Sequence record: SRR20825015_384
Direction: 5' to 3' (one strand)
Length of the DNA: 35,582 nt
Position numbers and translations under genes: made by a program. Each line of letters begins with the position of its first letter. Position 1 is the stretch's first letter. Below, one piece after another: positions 1 through 9,563 of the stretch. Below the pieces are notes generated by a model. That model saw only the letters and a program-made list of their open reading frames with translations, made no database searches and was not told the origin of the DNA.

Positions 1-51
1 TCGCGTTTCCGAACCGCAAAACCGTTGCCAATTTTGCTGGAAACGCTCTAG
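1..51 (-). repeat. Partial Rhizobiales intergenic palindromic repeat (RIME/Bru-RS-like), cut by the window edge
   Basis: The minus strand reads CTAGAGCGTTTCCAGCAAAATTGGCAACGGTTTTGCGGTTCGGAAACGCG, starting at the serB TAG stop. This resembles the TAGAGC.TTTCCAGCAAAA...CGGTTTTGCG arm of Bru-RS/RIME-type repeats (recalled, not searched). Confidence 0.6.
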
Positions 52-920
52 CGGACGAATTCGTCGTCGTAGTAGCCCTGCAGGTAGAGCAGGGCGGTGA
101 GGTCGCCGTGGTCGATGCGGACGCCGGCAGCCTCGGCAACCGCAGGCTTGGCGTGCAGCGCCACGCCAAAGCCGGCGACCCCGATCATGTCGAGATCATT
201 GGCGCCATCGCCAACGGCCATGGTGCGCGCCAGGTCGAGATTGTGTTCGCTGGCCAGCGCCAACAGGCGCTCGCGCTTGGTGTTCTTGTCGACAATGGGC
301 TTGGCCACCGTTCCGGTGAGGCTGTCGCCGTCGAACTCGAGCACATTGGCAATGGCTTCATCAAAGCCGATGCGCCTGGCGAAATAGTCAGCAAAGAAGG
401 TGAAGCCGCCCGAGACCAGCGAGGTATAGGCGCCATAGGCCTTCATGGTCTGCACCAGGGCGCGGCCGCCTGGAGCCAGGGTGATGGCCTCGCGGCGCAC
501 TTCCTCGATGACCTTGCGTTCCAACCCCTTGAGCAGGGCGACGCGGGTGTCCAGTGCCTGGGCAAAGTCGAGTTCGCCGCGCATGGCGCGATCGGTGATT
601 TCGGCAACTTGTGGCTTGATATCGAGAGCGGCGGCCAATTCGTCGATGCATTCCTGCTCGATCATGGTGGAGTCCATGTCGGCGACCAGGAGAAGCTTGC
701 GGCGGTCTTCAGTGGGCACCAGATTGGCATCGACGGCGTTGGTGCCAATGATGTCGCGGGCGATCGCCAGCGCCTCTGGTGCACCGGGCTCGAGAATGTC
801 GCAGGCCACGCCGTGGTTTAGCCAGTTGAGTTCTCCGCCGGTTTGGGCCACCACAGCCTGCGCCAGCGTTACGCTCAACTCAGGATCGGCGGGATTGGCG
901 ATGAGGGAAAGAACCGGCAT
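48..920 (-). CDS. serB: Phosphoserine phosphatase SerB (HAD family)
   Basis: HAD motifs ADMDSTMIEQECIDE, LVSGGF and AVGDGANDLDM. The true start is probably MPVLSLIA at 920 (alternative 929); the rest of the 773-aa ORF is antisense to miaA. Confidence 0.95.
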   Translation of the reverse strand: MPVLSLIANPADPELSVTLAQAVVAQTGGELNWLNHGVACDILEPGAPEALAIARDIIGTNAVDANLVPTEDRRKLLLVADMDSTMIEQECIDELAAALDIKPQVAEITDRAMRGELDFAQALDTRVALLKGLERKVIEEVRREAITLAPGGRALVQTMKAYGAYTSLVSGGFTFFADYFARRIGFDEAIANVLEFDGDSLTGTVAKPIVDKNTKRERLLALASEHNLDLARTMAVGDGANDLDMIGVAGFGVALHAKPAVAEAAGVRIDHGDLTALLYLQGYYDDEFVR

Positions 921-950
921 GGCGTGCATAACTTTCGGGAGAGTTCGGTG

Positions 951-1841
951 ATGAGCCAAAGGCGCGCTGTGCTGATAGCGGGTCCGACTGCCAGCGGCAA
1001 GTCGGCGCTGGCGCTGGACCGTGCGCGCGCAGGCTGTGGCGTGATCATCAATGCCGATGCCATGCAGGTTTACGACACGCTGCGGATCGTGACGGCCCGC
1101 CCGAGTGTCGCAGATGAAGCAGAGGCTGAGCATCGTCTTTATGGCATCGTGCCGGCCGCCGAGCGGTTTTCGACCGGGCAATGGGTACGGGCAGCGCAGG
1201 CGATCCTGGAAGAGGTTGATCCGGCGTGTGAACTGATTTTCGTCGGTGGGACAGGGCTTTACTTCGAAGCGCTGACAAATGGATTCGCCGATGTGCCGGA
1301 AATTTCCACCGCGCTGACCTTTGAAGTTCAACAAGAGATTCAAGCGCTTGAAGAACCGCAGCGGATGGCCCTGCTGGAGGCGGAGGACCCGGTGACGGCG
1401 CAGCGCCTGAAGGTGGCCGATCCGCAGCGGGTGACACGGGCCATTGCGGTCAAACGCGCCACCGGGCGAGCGCTGTCGAGTTTTCAGGACGATCAGCAGC
1501 CGGGGCTGCTGGAAGGATGGTCGGTCGAGCGCATGGTGCTTTCGCCGGATCGCGATGTATTGCGCGAGCGCATTGCGCGGCGCTTCCAAGCCATGTTTGC
1601 CAGTGGGGCGGTCGAGGAGGTTGAGGCGCTGCGGGCGCTGAAGCTCGATCCAAACCTGCCGGTGATGAAAGCCATCGGCGTGCGTGAGATTTCCGACTGG
1701 CTCGATGGGGTGCATAGCCAGGGCGAAGCGATCACGCTGGCCACCATCGCCACTCATCAATATGCCAAGCGGCAGCGCACCTGGTTCCGCAACCGCATGG
1801 GCGACTGGCCGCGTCTGGGTCTTGAGGGCCAGGCGCTTTAG
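951..1841 (+). CDS. miaA: tRNA dimethylallyltransferase MiaA
   Basis: P-loop IAGPTASGKS, NADAMQVY, VGGTGLY and C-terminal QYAKRQRTWFRN; divergent from serB. Confidence 0.96.
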   Translation: MSQRRAVLIAGPTASGKSALALDRARAGCGVIINADAMQVYDTLRIVTARPSVADEAEAEHRLYGIVPAAERFSTGQWVRAAQAILEEVDPACELIFVGGTGLYFEALTNGFADVPEISTALTFEVQQEIQALEEPQRMALLEAEDPVTAQRLKVADPQRVTRAIAVKRATGRALSSFQDDQQPGLLEGWSVERMVLSPDRDVLRERIARRFQAMFASGAVEEVEALRALKLDPNLPVMKAIGVREISDWLDGVHSQGEAITLATIATHQYAKRQRTWFRNRMGDWPRLGLEGQAL

Positions 1842-3259
1842 GCGTTGATGTTGCGCAGCAGGCCCAGGCGCTCGCGGAGCGCGAAGCGGCCGACCAGCAG
1901 CACGGCGACGAAGGCGAGGCCGGCTGCCAGGCCGAGCCAGATGCCGACACCGCGCAGATCGAGCACATAACCCAGGAGCCAGGCGACGGGCAGGCCGACG
2001 AACCAGTAGCCGAAAATGGCCATGACCATGGGCACCTTGGTGTCGCTCAGGCCGCGCAGCGCATGGGCCGCAACCACCTGGGCGCCATCGACGAGCTGAA
2101 ACAGTCCGGCAATGGCGAGGTAGGTGGCGGCGAAGGCCAGTGCGTTGCGGTTCTGCGGCAGGGCGGGGTCGAGGAACAACGCAACGATGACCGGGCCGAA
2201 CAGAATGAAGGTCAGGGCCGAGACCGCCATGAAGCCGGTGCCGAGCAGAAAGCTCATCCAGCCGGCCTTGCGGATGCCCTCCTGGTCCTTTCGGCCATAG
2301 GCGACGCCGACGCGGACCGTGGCGGCGATCCCGAGCCCCAACGGCACCATGAAGGCCAGTGAGGCGCATTGCAGCGCGACGGCGTGGGCGGCCAGTTCAT
2401 CGGTGCCCAGACGGCCCATCAGAATGGCGGCGGCGGCGAACAGGCCAACTTCGGCCAGTACGGTGAGGCCAATGGGCGTGCCGATGCGAAAGATTTCGCG
2501 GAAGCGCGGCCAATCCGGCTTCCAGAAGCGGATGTGAATGTTGAAGCGCTTGAGGCGGCGGTGGCGCAGCACATAGGTCAGCATGGCGCCGAGCATGAAC
2601 AAATTGGTCAGGACCGTGGCGATGGCTGCGCCGCGCAGTTCCAGTCGCGGCAGGCCGAAATTGCCGAACATCAGCAGGTAGTTGGTGATGGCGTTGACGA
2701 TAACGCCGCCCACAGTGATGACGAGAATGATGCGCGTGGCGTCGAAGGTGGAGAGGAAGGAGCGCAGCACGATGACACCCATGGCGGGCACCAGCATCAG
2801 AATGGCGATCTGGATATATTCCTCGGCCCGGGCGGCCAGAACCGGGTCCTGGCCGAGCCAGCCATAGACGGTGCGGATCTGCAACAGGACCGGCGTGAGC
2901 AGCAGGGCCAGGAGGATCGCAGCCCAGAACCCCTGACGCACGACACGGCGGATGGCCTTGATGTCCCGTCGGCCGCGGGCCTGGGCGGTCAGTGGTGCCA
3001 CGGCGCCGACCACGCCGACGCCGAACAGGAAGAGTGGCATGAGGAAGCTGCTGGCCAGCGTGCCTGCGGCAAGCGCTTCCGGCCCGAGCCAGCCCATCAT
3101 CAGGACATCGGTGGCCTGCAGGGCGTTCTGGGCCACTTGGGCAATGACCAGAGGCCAGGCCAGGGCAAAGGTGGCACGGAATTCCGTGCCCCAGCCGGAC
3201 TTGGCTATGGGGTTTTGTGGCGCCGCACGGGCCGCCGCGACGTTGTCGCTCATTGTCAT
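1838..3259 (-). CDS. MATE family efflux transporter (NorM-like)
   Basis: About 12 hydrophobic segments; motifs LAWPLVIAQ, DVLMMGWLG, LMFGNFGLPRLELRGAAIAT and FQLVDGAQVV. Start at 3259 or 3253. Confidence 0.92.
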   Translation of the reverse strand: MTMSDNVAAARAAPQNPIAKSGWGTEFRATFALAWPLVIAQVAQNALQATDVLMMGWLGPEALAAGTLASSFLMPLFLFGVGVVGAVAPLTAQARGRRDIKAIRRVVRQGFWAAILLALLLTPVLLQIRTVYGWLGQDPVLAARAEEYIQIAILMLVPAMGVIVLRSFLSTFDATRIILVITVGGVIVNAITNYLLMFGNFGLPRLELRGAAIATVLTNLFMLGAMLTYVLRHRRLKRFNIHIRFWKPDWPRFREIFRIGTPIGLTVLAEVGLFAAAAILMGRLGTDELAAHAVALQCASLAFMVPLGLGIAATVRVGVAYGRKDQEGIRKAGWMSFLLGTGFMAVSALTFILFGPVIVALFLDPALPQNRNALAFAATYLAIAGLFQLVDGAQVVAAHALRGLSDTKVPMVMAIFGYWFVGLPVAWLLGYVLDLRGVGIWLGLAAGLAFVAVLLVGRFALRERLGLLRNINA

Positions 3260-3333
3260 GTCTCTCACTCGCAGCCCATGCTGTAGTCCAATCCGGTCCG
3301 GCGCGAAAGCAGGACCGAGGACAGGAGCAAGAG

Positions 3334-3693
3334 ATGCCCAGACTGGTGCCGAGACATTTGCTGGTGCTTGCCGGCCTGATCGGGGCGCTCGGCGTGGCCG
3401 CAGCGGCGGCCGCGTCGCATGGGGAGAGCCGGAACCTGAGTGCCCTGGCGACGATGTTCCTGGCCCATGCGCCCGTGCTGGTGGCGCTGGGTCTGTTCGG
3501 GCAGGGGCGACTTCTGTCGGGCGCCGGACTGGTGTTGGCAGGCGGCACGCTGCTGTTCGGCGGCGACCTGGCGATGCGCGAATATGTGGGGCAGGGGCTG
3601 TTTGGCGGGGCCGCGCCGCTGGGCGGTGGTTTGATGATGCTGGGCTGGCTGGGACTGGCCCTAGCCGGGCTGGTCCGCAAAGGCCGGGCTTGA
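3334..3693 (+). CDS. DUF423 family small membrane protein
   Basis: GALGVAAAAAASH, MFLAHA, LFGGDLA and APLGGGLMMLGW motifs; AGGAG RBS upstream. Confidence 0.8.
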   Translation: MPRLVPRHLLVLAGLIGALGVAAAAAASHGESRNLSALATMFLAHAPVLVALGLFGQGRLLSGAGLVLAGGTLLFGGDLAMREYVGQGLFGGAAPLGGGLMMLGWLGLALAGLVRKGRA

Positions 3694-3773
3694 ATTAATA
3701 AAGTTTAAAACCCGCCCGGAACCATTCACGGAGCCGTGCATTTCTTCGTGCGAGTGTTTCGTTGGAGGAATTA

Positions 3774-4049
3774 ATGCACAAGATCCTGATCATCGCCGCA
3801 ACCGCCCTGTCCTTGGCCGCCTGCACCACCACCCAGCAGGGTGCAACCGTGGGTGCCATTGGTGGTGGTATTGTCGGTGCAACCGCAACGGGCGGCAATA
3901 TTGTCGGTACGGCCGTTGGTGCCGGTATCGGTGCCGTGGCCGGTGCGGCTGCCGGCGAGCTTCTTGGTTATTATGGGACCAGCCGCGACCGCTGCGTTTA
4001 CGAGCGCCGTGACGGCACCCGCTATATCGATACCTGCCCGCGCGGATAA
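3774..4049 (+). CDS. Glycine-zipper lipoprotein
   Basis: Signal peptide with lipobox LAAC, GxxxG repeats (GATVGAIGGGIVGA...GAGIGAVAGA) and a C-terminal Cys pair; GGAGG RBS. Confidence 0.85.
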   Translation: MHKILIIAATALSLAACTTTQQGATVGAIGGGIVGATATGGNIVGTAVGAGIGAVAGAAAGELLGYYGTSRDRCVYERRDGTRYIDTCPRG

Positions 4050-4369
4050 CGCGCCGCATCGCCAAGCCGCAGCGCCCCCTGCGGCCAAGCGCCCCCAGGC
4101 GCCAGACACCCGGTTGGCCCCCCGACCGGGTGTTGTTTTGAACACGTGCGGGCAATCGATTGAACGCGCAGCGCGGCCTTGAAAAAGTCAACAAAAACAG
4201 CAATAATTTAGGCATACGTGCCACTTGTCTTGCGCTAACTGAACGACCGGCCAGCCCGGAAACTTGGCTACCTCCTGATCTCGTGAACCGTAAGTCCGGA
4301 AAAGTTGCACACTCCCGGACAAACCCTTCCGCCGCACTCTGCGGCACAACAGACCTAGAGGACCAAGAC

Positions 4370-4585
4370 ATGGCCGCCATCACCGGGACCGTGAAATTCT
4401 TCAACACCACCAAGGGCTACGGCTTCATCTCGCCCGACAATGGCGAAAAGGACGCATTCGTCCACATTTCCGCCGTGCAGCGTTCGGGCCTGCAGGGCCT
4501 TTATGAAGGCGACAAGGTGAGCTTCGAGCTGCAGACCGGCCGCGACGGCAAGGTTTCGGCAACCGATCTGACCCTGCTGAGCTAA
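4370..4585 (+). CDS. cspA: Cold-shock protein (CspA family)
   Basis: GTVKFFNTTKGYGFI (RNP1) and DAFVHISAV (RNP2); 71 aa; GAGG RBS. Confidence 0.95.
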   Translation: MAAITGTVKFFNTTKGYGFISPDNGEKDAFVHISAVQRSGLQGLYEGDKVSFELQTGRDGKVSATDLTLLS

Positions 4586-4651
4586 GCGCCAGACGCAGAT
4601 TATTGCCTGGTTTTTGCCGTTTCCCCAGGAAACGGTGAAGAACCGGAATGG

Positions 4652-4674
4652 AAGGGGCCCGCTGGGCCCCTTTT
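4652..4674 (+). terminator. Rho-independent terminator after csp
   Basis: AAGGGGCCC-GCT-GGGCCCCTT hairpin ending in TTTT. Confidence 0.75.
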
Positions 4675-4744
4675 GCTTGCAATCGCGTGCACGATCTGTC
4701 CGGCTAGGGGAAAGTCACGACTCGACTATGTGCCGTTGGACGAT

Positions 4745-5203
4745 ATGCGCGAAATATTGAAACACTGGAACCCGCGGGTCGAAACCGCATCGAGCCTGCG
4801 CCAATCCGGTGCCATGCCCTATGCGATCGTTGAAGGCCGCATGGCGTTCCTGCTGATCACATCGCGCCGCAGCGGCAAGTGGATCTTTCCCAAGGGCGCC
4901 ATTGAACCCGACATGACGCCCTGGGAGAGCGCTGCTGTCGAGGCGCAGGAAGAGGCGGGCGTCACCGGCGAAATCTCCAGCGACGTTATCGGCACCTACC
5001 GGACCGGTGCGAGTGGGGATAATGTCGGACTGGTCGATGTCGATCTTTATCCATTGCGGGTGACACAGCAGTTCGACGACTACAAGGAAAAGGGGCAGCG
5101 CATGCGCCATTGGGCGACATTGTCCGAGGCGCGCCGTCTGCTGGCCGACCAGACTTTGGGGCGCCTTGCCGTGGCCCTGCACAACCGGATGATTTCGAGC
5201 TAA
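4745..5203 (+). CDS. NUDIX hydrolase (DIPP/Ap6A-hydrolase-like)
   Basis: LLITSRRSGKWIFPKG followed by the Nudix box GAIEPDMTPWESAAVEAQEEAGV. Confidence 0.88.
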   Translation: MREILKHWNPRVETASSLRQSGAMPYAIVEGRMAFLLITSRRSGKWIFPKGAIEPDMTPWESAAVEAQEEAGVTGEISSDVIGTYRTGASGDNVGLVDVDLYPLRVTQQFDDYKEKGQRMRHWATLSEARRLLADQTLGRLAVALHNRMISS

Positions 5204-5234
5204 AGCGGCTCGGTGTCCTGAAGGACGTGCTGCC

Positions 5235-6734
5235 CTAGGGGATCACCAGGCTCAGGCCAAAATAGAGCGATGCCGAAACCAGTGCCGAGGCGGGGACGGT
5301 AATCACCCACGCCGCTGCAATGGAATAGACATGCTGGCGGCGTACCAGCATGCGGGTCTCGACGCGGCGGGCATTGGCCAGCGCCGCTTCAGGCGTTGCA
5401 TTAAGTTGGCTGGGGTCGACGAAGCGGGCATTGATCGGCACGGCCGTGCCTTCCATGTCGCGCCGCGAGATGTATTCACGCAGGAATCCGACGCCGAACA
5501 CAGCGCCCACGGCAATGTGGGTGGACGATACGGGCATGCCCATTGCCGAGGCAATGAGGACGGTGACGGCCGCGGAAAGCGCGGCACAAAAAGCGCGGAT
5601 CTCGTTGAGCTTGGTGATCTGCTCGCCCACCGTGCGGATGAGGCGCGGGCCGAACAGGGCCAGCCCCAGCGAAATGCCGATGGCGCCAATGGCCAGGACC
5701 CAGAAGGGCAGGGTGATGCCCGAGACTTCGCCGTGACCGGTCTGGATGGCGGTGACGATGGCGGCAAAGGGGCCGATGGCATTGGCCACATCATTGGCGC
5801 CGTGGGCGAAGGACAGCAGCGCGGCCGAGACGATCAGGGGCAGGCGGAACAGCGCGGCCACATGCTTCTTGCGGTTTTCCATGTGGCGCGACTGGTGACG
5901 GACCCAGGGCATGGCGGCGACCCAGCCGAGTGCCCCCAAGGCGATGCCGAGCGGAAGGGTCACGCCCCAGCCGGGCTTCCAGACGCGGCTCAGGCCCTTG
6001 GTGGCCAGATACATGGTGAAAATGCCGGTCATCACGGCCACGAAAATCGGCACCCAGACGCGGGCCGAGGTGATCTTGTCGAGGCGCGTGGTGATGGTCA
6101 TGCGGATGATGACCAGGAACACGGCCGCGATCAGCCCCCCCATGACCGGGGAAATGACCCAGCTCGCTGCCACGGCGGCGATGGTGGGCCAATTGACGAT
6201 GGCAAAGCCGGCCGAAGCGATGCCGGAGCCGACGACGCCGCCGACAACGGCGTGGGTGGTGGAGACCGGGGCGCCGACAAAAGTGGCCAGATTGACCCAG
6301 AGGGCCGAGGCCAGAAGGGCGGCCATCATCACCATGATGAAAGTGCGGCCTTCCATTTCCGGGGCGATCAGCAGGTCGCGCGCGACCGTGTTGACCACGT
6401 CGCCGCCAGCCAGCAAGGCGCCCGCCGCTTCGAAAATGCCGGCAATGACCAGGGCGCCCACCATGGTCAGCGCGCGGGACCCAACGGCGGGACCCATATT
6501 GTTCGCCACGTCATTGGCGCCGACATTGAGGGCCATATAACCGGCAATCAGCGCCGCGATGACCACGACATAGGTGCCCGGACCCTGGCCCATGACGAAA
6601 GCGGCCCATACGCCCACCAGCAGCAGGAAGACCAGCGCAATGCCAGGTGCGGCCAGCGAGCGGCTCAGGTTGTGGGTCGCGTTCTCGAGGCCCGAAAACC
6701 GCTGCAGATCCTTGTCGAGCGCGCTTTTGCTCAT
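5235..6734 (-). CDS. pit: Inorganic phosphate transporter, PiT family
   Basis: Two GANDVAN signatures plus PVSTTHAVVG and PVSSTHIAVG; multiple TM segments. Confidence 0.95.
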   Translation of the reverse strand: MSKSALDKDLQRFSGLENATHNLSRSLAAPGIALVFLLLVGVWAAFVMGQGPGTYVVVIAALIAGYMALNVGANDVANNMGPAVGSRALTMVGALVIAGIFEAAGALLAGGDVVNTVARDLLIAPEMEGRTFIMVMMAALLASALWVNLATFVGAPVSTTHAVVGGVVGSGIASAGFAIVNWPTIAAVAASWVISPVMGGLIAAVFLVIIRMTITTRLDKITSARVWVPIFVAVMTGIFTMYLATKGLSRVWKPGWGVTLPLGIALGALGWVAAMPWVRHQSRHMENRKKHVAALFRLPLIVSAALLSFAHGANDVANAIGPFAAIVTAIQTGHGEVSGITLPFWVLAIGAIGISLGLALFGPRLIRTVGEQITKLNEIRAFCAALSAAVTVLIASAMGMPVSSTHIAVGAVFGVGFLREYISRRDMEGTAVPINARFVDPSQLNATPEAALANARRVETRMLVRRQHVYSIAAAWVITVPASALVSASLYFGLSLVIP

Positions 6735-6754
6735 GTCACCGAACTGTCATATTG
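6733..6754 (+). promoter_or_regulatory. Putative Pho box (PhoB site) overlapping the pit start, in reverse orientation
   Basis: ATGTCAC-CGAA-CTGTCAT-ATTG: two CTGTCAT-like heptamers with 11-bp periodicity. Confidence 0.65.
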
Positions 6755-6927
6755 CGTGTTGGCTCCGCCTTAACATCTCAATGACGTGCTGCCAGCCCCA
6801 TTCGGGCGGGAAATCGCGCCTGTGCACGAGAATCCCGCCGTGTCGGGCCCAATGGACGCATGGCGACTTGACTTCGGCGTGACAGTGCTTCTATCAATGC
6901 GCCGTCTAGAATTTTTGGAGCGGTCCA

Positions 6928-6978
6928 GTGCGGGCACTCATTCTCGTAGTACGCAGGCGCATTGGCAACGTGGGGTAG
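6928..6978 (+). CDS. Branched-chain amino acid attenuator leader peptide MRALILVVRRRIGNVG
   Basis: GGAG RBS at 6917-6920, GTG start, Leu-Ile-Leu-Val-Val run and TAG stop at 6976-6978, directly upstream of the ilv attenuator hairpins. Confidence 0.85.
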   Translation: MRALILVVRRRIGNVG

Positions 6979-7032
6979 AACCCCGCGGACTCGCTGATGC
7001 GCCGAACACAGGTCCCGAACGGGGCCTTTTTT
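6956..7032 (+). terminator. ilv transcription attenuator (pause/protector stem plus terminator)
   Basis: GGCGCATTGGC (6956-6966) pairs with GCTGATGCGCC (6993-7003) around an inner CGTGGGG/CCCCGCG stem. Terminator AGGTCCC-GAAC-GGGGCCT plus T-run at 7010-7032. CCCCG (6981-6985) can alternatively pair with CGGGG (7020-7024). Confidence 0.85.
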
Positions 7033-7123
7033 ATTGCCTTTTTTCCGCACGAGCGGGAACACAGGCGGCAGGTGAGATATGGGCCCCACTGGGAGGGGCG
7101 AAAGAGTTAGGAAGGGCTGAGCA

Positions 7124-8893
7124 ATGGCCGAAAAGATGACCGGCGCGGAAATGGTGATCCAGGCGCTGACCGATCAGGGCGTGGAGCACATCTTCGGATA
7201 TCCCGGTGGTGCTGCGCTGCCGATCTATGATGCCATGTTCCAGCAGGATTTCGTCAAGCACATCCTGGTGCGCCATGAACAGGGCGCGACCCATATGGCG
7301 GAGGGCTATGCCCGCTCGACCGGCAAGCCCGGCGTGGTTCTGGTCACCTCAGGTCCGGGCGCGACCAATGCGGTGACCGGCCTTACCGACGCGCTGCTCG
7401 ATTCCATCCCGCTCGTCTGCATCACGGCCCAGGTTCCCACGACGTTGATCGGCACCGACGCGTTCCAGGAATGCGACACTGTCGGCATCACCCGCTCCTG
7501 CACCAAGCACAATTACCTGGTCAAATCGATCGAGGATTTGCCGCGTATCCTGCACGAGGCATTCCTCATCGCCACCACGGGCCGTCCCGGACCGGTCGTC
7601 ATCGATATTCCCAAGGACATTCAGTTCGCCGTGGGCGAATATTTCCGGCCTGAGGTGGAGACGCTGCGTCACCAGTCCTACCGTCCGCAGGTCGATGGCG
7701 ACCTGGCGGCGATCGAGACGGCCATCGATTTGATGCTGAAGGCAGAACGGCCGATCTTTTATACCGGCGGCGGCGTCATCAATGCCGGCCCGGAGGCCTC
7801 GGAAAATCTGCGCGAGCTGGCGGATTTGACCGGCTTCCCCGTGACCTCGACCCTGATGGGGCTGGGCGCCTTCCCGGCCTCCAATCCGCAGTGGATGGGC
7901 ATGCTGGGCATGCACGGCACCTACGAAGCGAACATGGCGATGCATGATTGCGACGTGATGATCAATATTGGCGCGCGCTTCGATGACCGCATCACCGGCC
8001 GCATCGATGCGTTCTCGCCCAACAGTACCAAGATCCACGTCGATATCGATCCGGCCTCCATCAACAAGGTGGTGCAGGTGCATGTTCCGATTGTCGGGGA
8101 CTGCAACCGCGTGCTGGAAGAAATGATCCGCATCTGGCGTAGCCGCACCAATGAGCCGCGCACCGAGGCCATTGCCGGCTGGTGGACGCAAATTCAGAAA
8201 TGGCGCGATGTCGGTTCGCTGAATTTCAAGAACTCCGACACGGTCATCAAGCCGCAATGGGCCATTCAGCGTCTGTATGAAGCGACCAGGAAGCAGTCCA
8301 AGGAGGTGTTCATCACTACCGAGGTGGGCCAGCACCAGATGTGGGCGGCGCAGCATTTCCATTTCGACCAGCCGAACCACTGGATGACTTCGGGTGGCCT
8401 GGGGACGATGGGCTATGGCCTGCCGGCGGCAGTCGGCGTGCAGGTGGCCCACCCGGACGCGCTGGTCATCGACATTGCCGGCGAAGCCTCGGTGCAGATG
8501 ACCATGCAGGAGATGTCGACGGCGGTGCAGTATCGCCTGCCGGTCAAGATCTTCATTCTCAACAATGAGCGCATGGGCATGGTGCGCCAGTGGCAGGACC
8601 TGCTGCACGGCTCGCGCTATGCGCATTCCTATTCGGAATCGCTGCCCGATTTCGTCAAGCTCGCCGAGGCCCATGGGGCCAAGGGCATCAAGTGCGACAC
8701 GCCGGCGGAGCTGGACGCCGCCATTGCCGCGATGCTCGATTATGATGGCCCGGTGTTGTTCGACGTGCTGGTCGAAAAGGACGAGAACTGCCTGCCCATG
8801 ATCCCCTCGGGCAAGCCTCATAACGAAATCATCCTGCCCGATACGGCCAATATCGGCGACATCATCGACGAGAAGGGACGGGCGCTCGTCTAG
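7124..8893 (+). CDS. ilvB: Acetolactate synthase large subunit (IlvB/IlvI)
   Basis: FGYPGGA, RHEQGA, TSGPGATN, GMLGMHG, SGGLGTMGYGLPAA and GMVRQWQ motifs. Confidence 0.97.
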   Translation: MAEKMTGAEMVIQALTDQGVEHIFGYPGGAALPIYDAMFQQDFVKHILVRHEQGATHMAEGYARSTGKPGVVLVTSGPGATNAVTGLTDALLDSIPLVCITAQVPTTLIGTDAFQECDTVGITRSCTKHNYLVKSIEDLPRILHEAFLIATTGRPGPVVIDIPKDIQFAVGEYFRPEVETLRHQSYRPQVDGDLAAIETAIDLMLKAERPIFYTGGGVINAGPEASENLRELADLTGFPVTSTLMGLGAFPASNPQWMGMLGMHGTYEANMAMHDCDVMINIGARFDDRITGRIDAFSPNSTKIHVDIDPASINKVVQVHVPIVGDCNRVLEEMIRIWRSRTNEPRTEAIAGWWTQIQKWRDVGSLNFKNSDTVIKPQWAIQRLYEATRKQSKEVFITTEVGQHQMWAAQHFHFDQPNHWMTSGGLGTMGYGLPAAVGVQVAHPDALVIDIAGEASVQMTMQEMSTAVQYRLPVKIFILNNERMGMVRQWQDLLHGSRYAHSYSESLPDFVKLAEAHGAKGIKCDTPAELDAAIAAMLDYDGPVLFDVLVEKDENCLPMIPSGKPHNEIILPDTANIGDIIDEKGRALV

Positions 8894-8914
8894 AGCGCGC
8901 CGGAGGACACGAAA

Positions 8915-9469
8915 ATGAACGCACATTTGCAGCCCACCGGTTCGGCCTATTTCCTGACCCAGGAAACCCAGCAGACCGAGCGTCATACCCTCTCCGTGCT
9001 GGTCGACAACGAGCCAGGCATTCTCGCCCGCGTGGTCGGCCTGTTCTCGGCCCGTGGCTACAATATCGAGAGCCTGACGGTCAGCGAGACCGAACACGAC
9101 AAGCGACTTAGTCGCATCACTGTCGTTGTGATCGCCACGCCCAAGGTTCTGGTGCAGATCAAGACCCAGCTCGAGCGGCTGGTGCCGGTGCACCGCGTGC
9201 ACGATTTGACCGCGGAAGGGGCCTATCTCGAACGCGAGCTGGCGCTGATCAAGGTCAATGGCTCGGGCGACAGTCGTGCCGAGACGCTGCGCCTGGCTGA
9301 TGCCTTCCGCGCACAGATCGTGGATGCGACCGTTGAAAGCTTCGTCTTCGAGGTGACCGGCAAACCGTCCAAGATCGACAGCTTTATCGCCCTGATGCAG
9401 CCGCTGGGGCTGGTCGAAGTGGTGCGCACGGGCCTGGCCGCGATCAATCGCGGTCCGGAGGGCATGTAG
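8915..9469 (+). CDS. ilvN: Acetolactate synthase small regulatory subunit (IlvN/IlvH)
   Basis: ACT domain [29 protein letters not shown], plus ERELALIKV and EVVRTG. Confidence 0.96.
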   Translation: MNAHLQPTGSAYFLTQETQQTERHTLSVLVDNEPGILARVVGLFSARGYNIESLTVSETEHDKRLSRITVVVIATPKVLVQIKTQLERLVPVHRVHDLTAEGAYLERELALIKVNGSGDSRAETLRLADAFRAQIVDATVESFVFEVTGKPSKIDSFIALMQPLGLVEVVRTGLAAINRGPEGM

Positions 9470-9563
9470 TCAGCAAGACGCTGATTGCTCTCATCAAAAG
9501 GTTCGATTGGGCGAGGCGCCCAGTCTGGTGTATGGCAGGGGCCTATTATTCCGGGTTCCTGCC

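Noticed and set aside
48-2369. 773-aa ORF as a SerB fusion
   Set aside because: Only the last 290 aa are SerB. The extension is antisense to miaA and out of frame within the MATE gene, a high-GC open-frame artefact.
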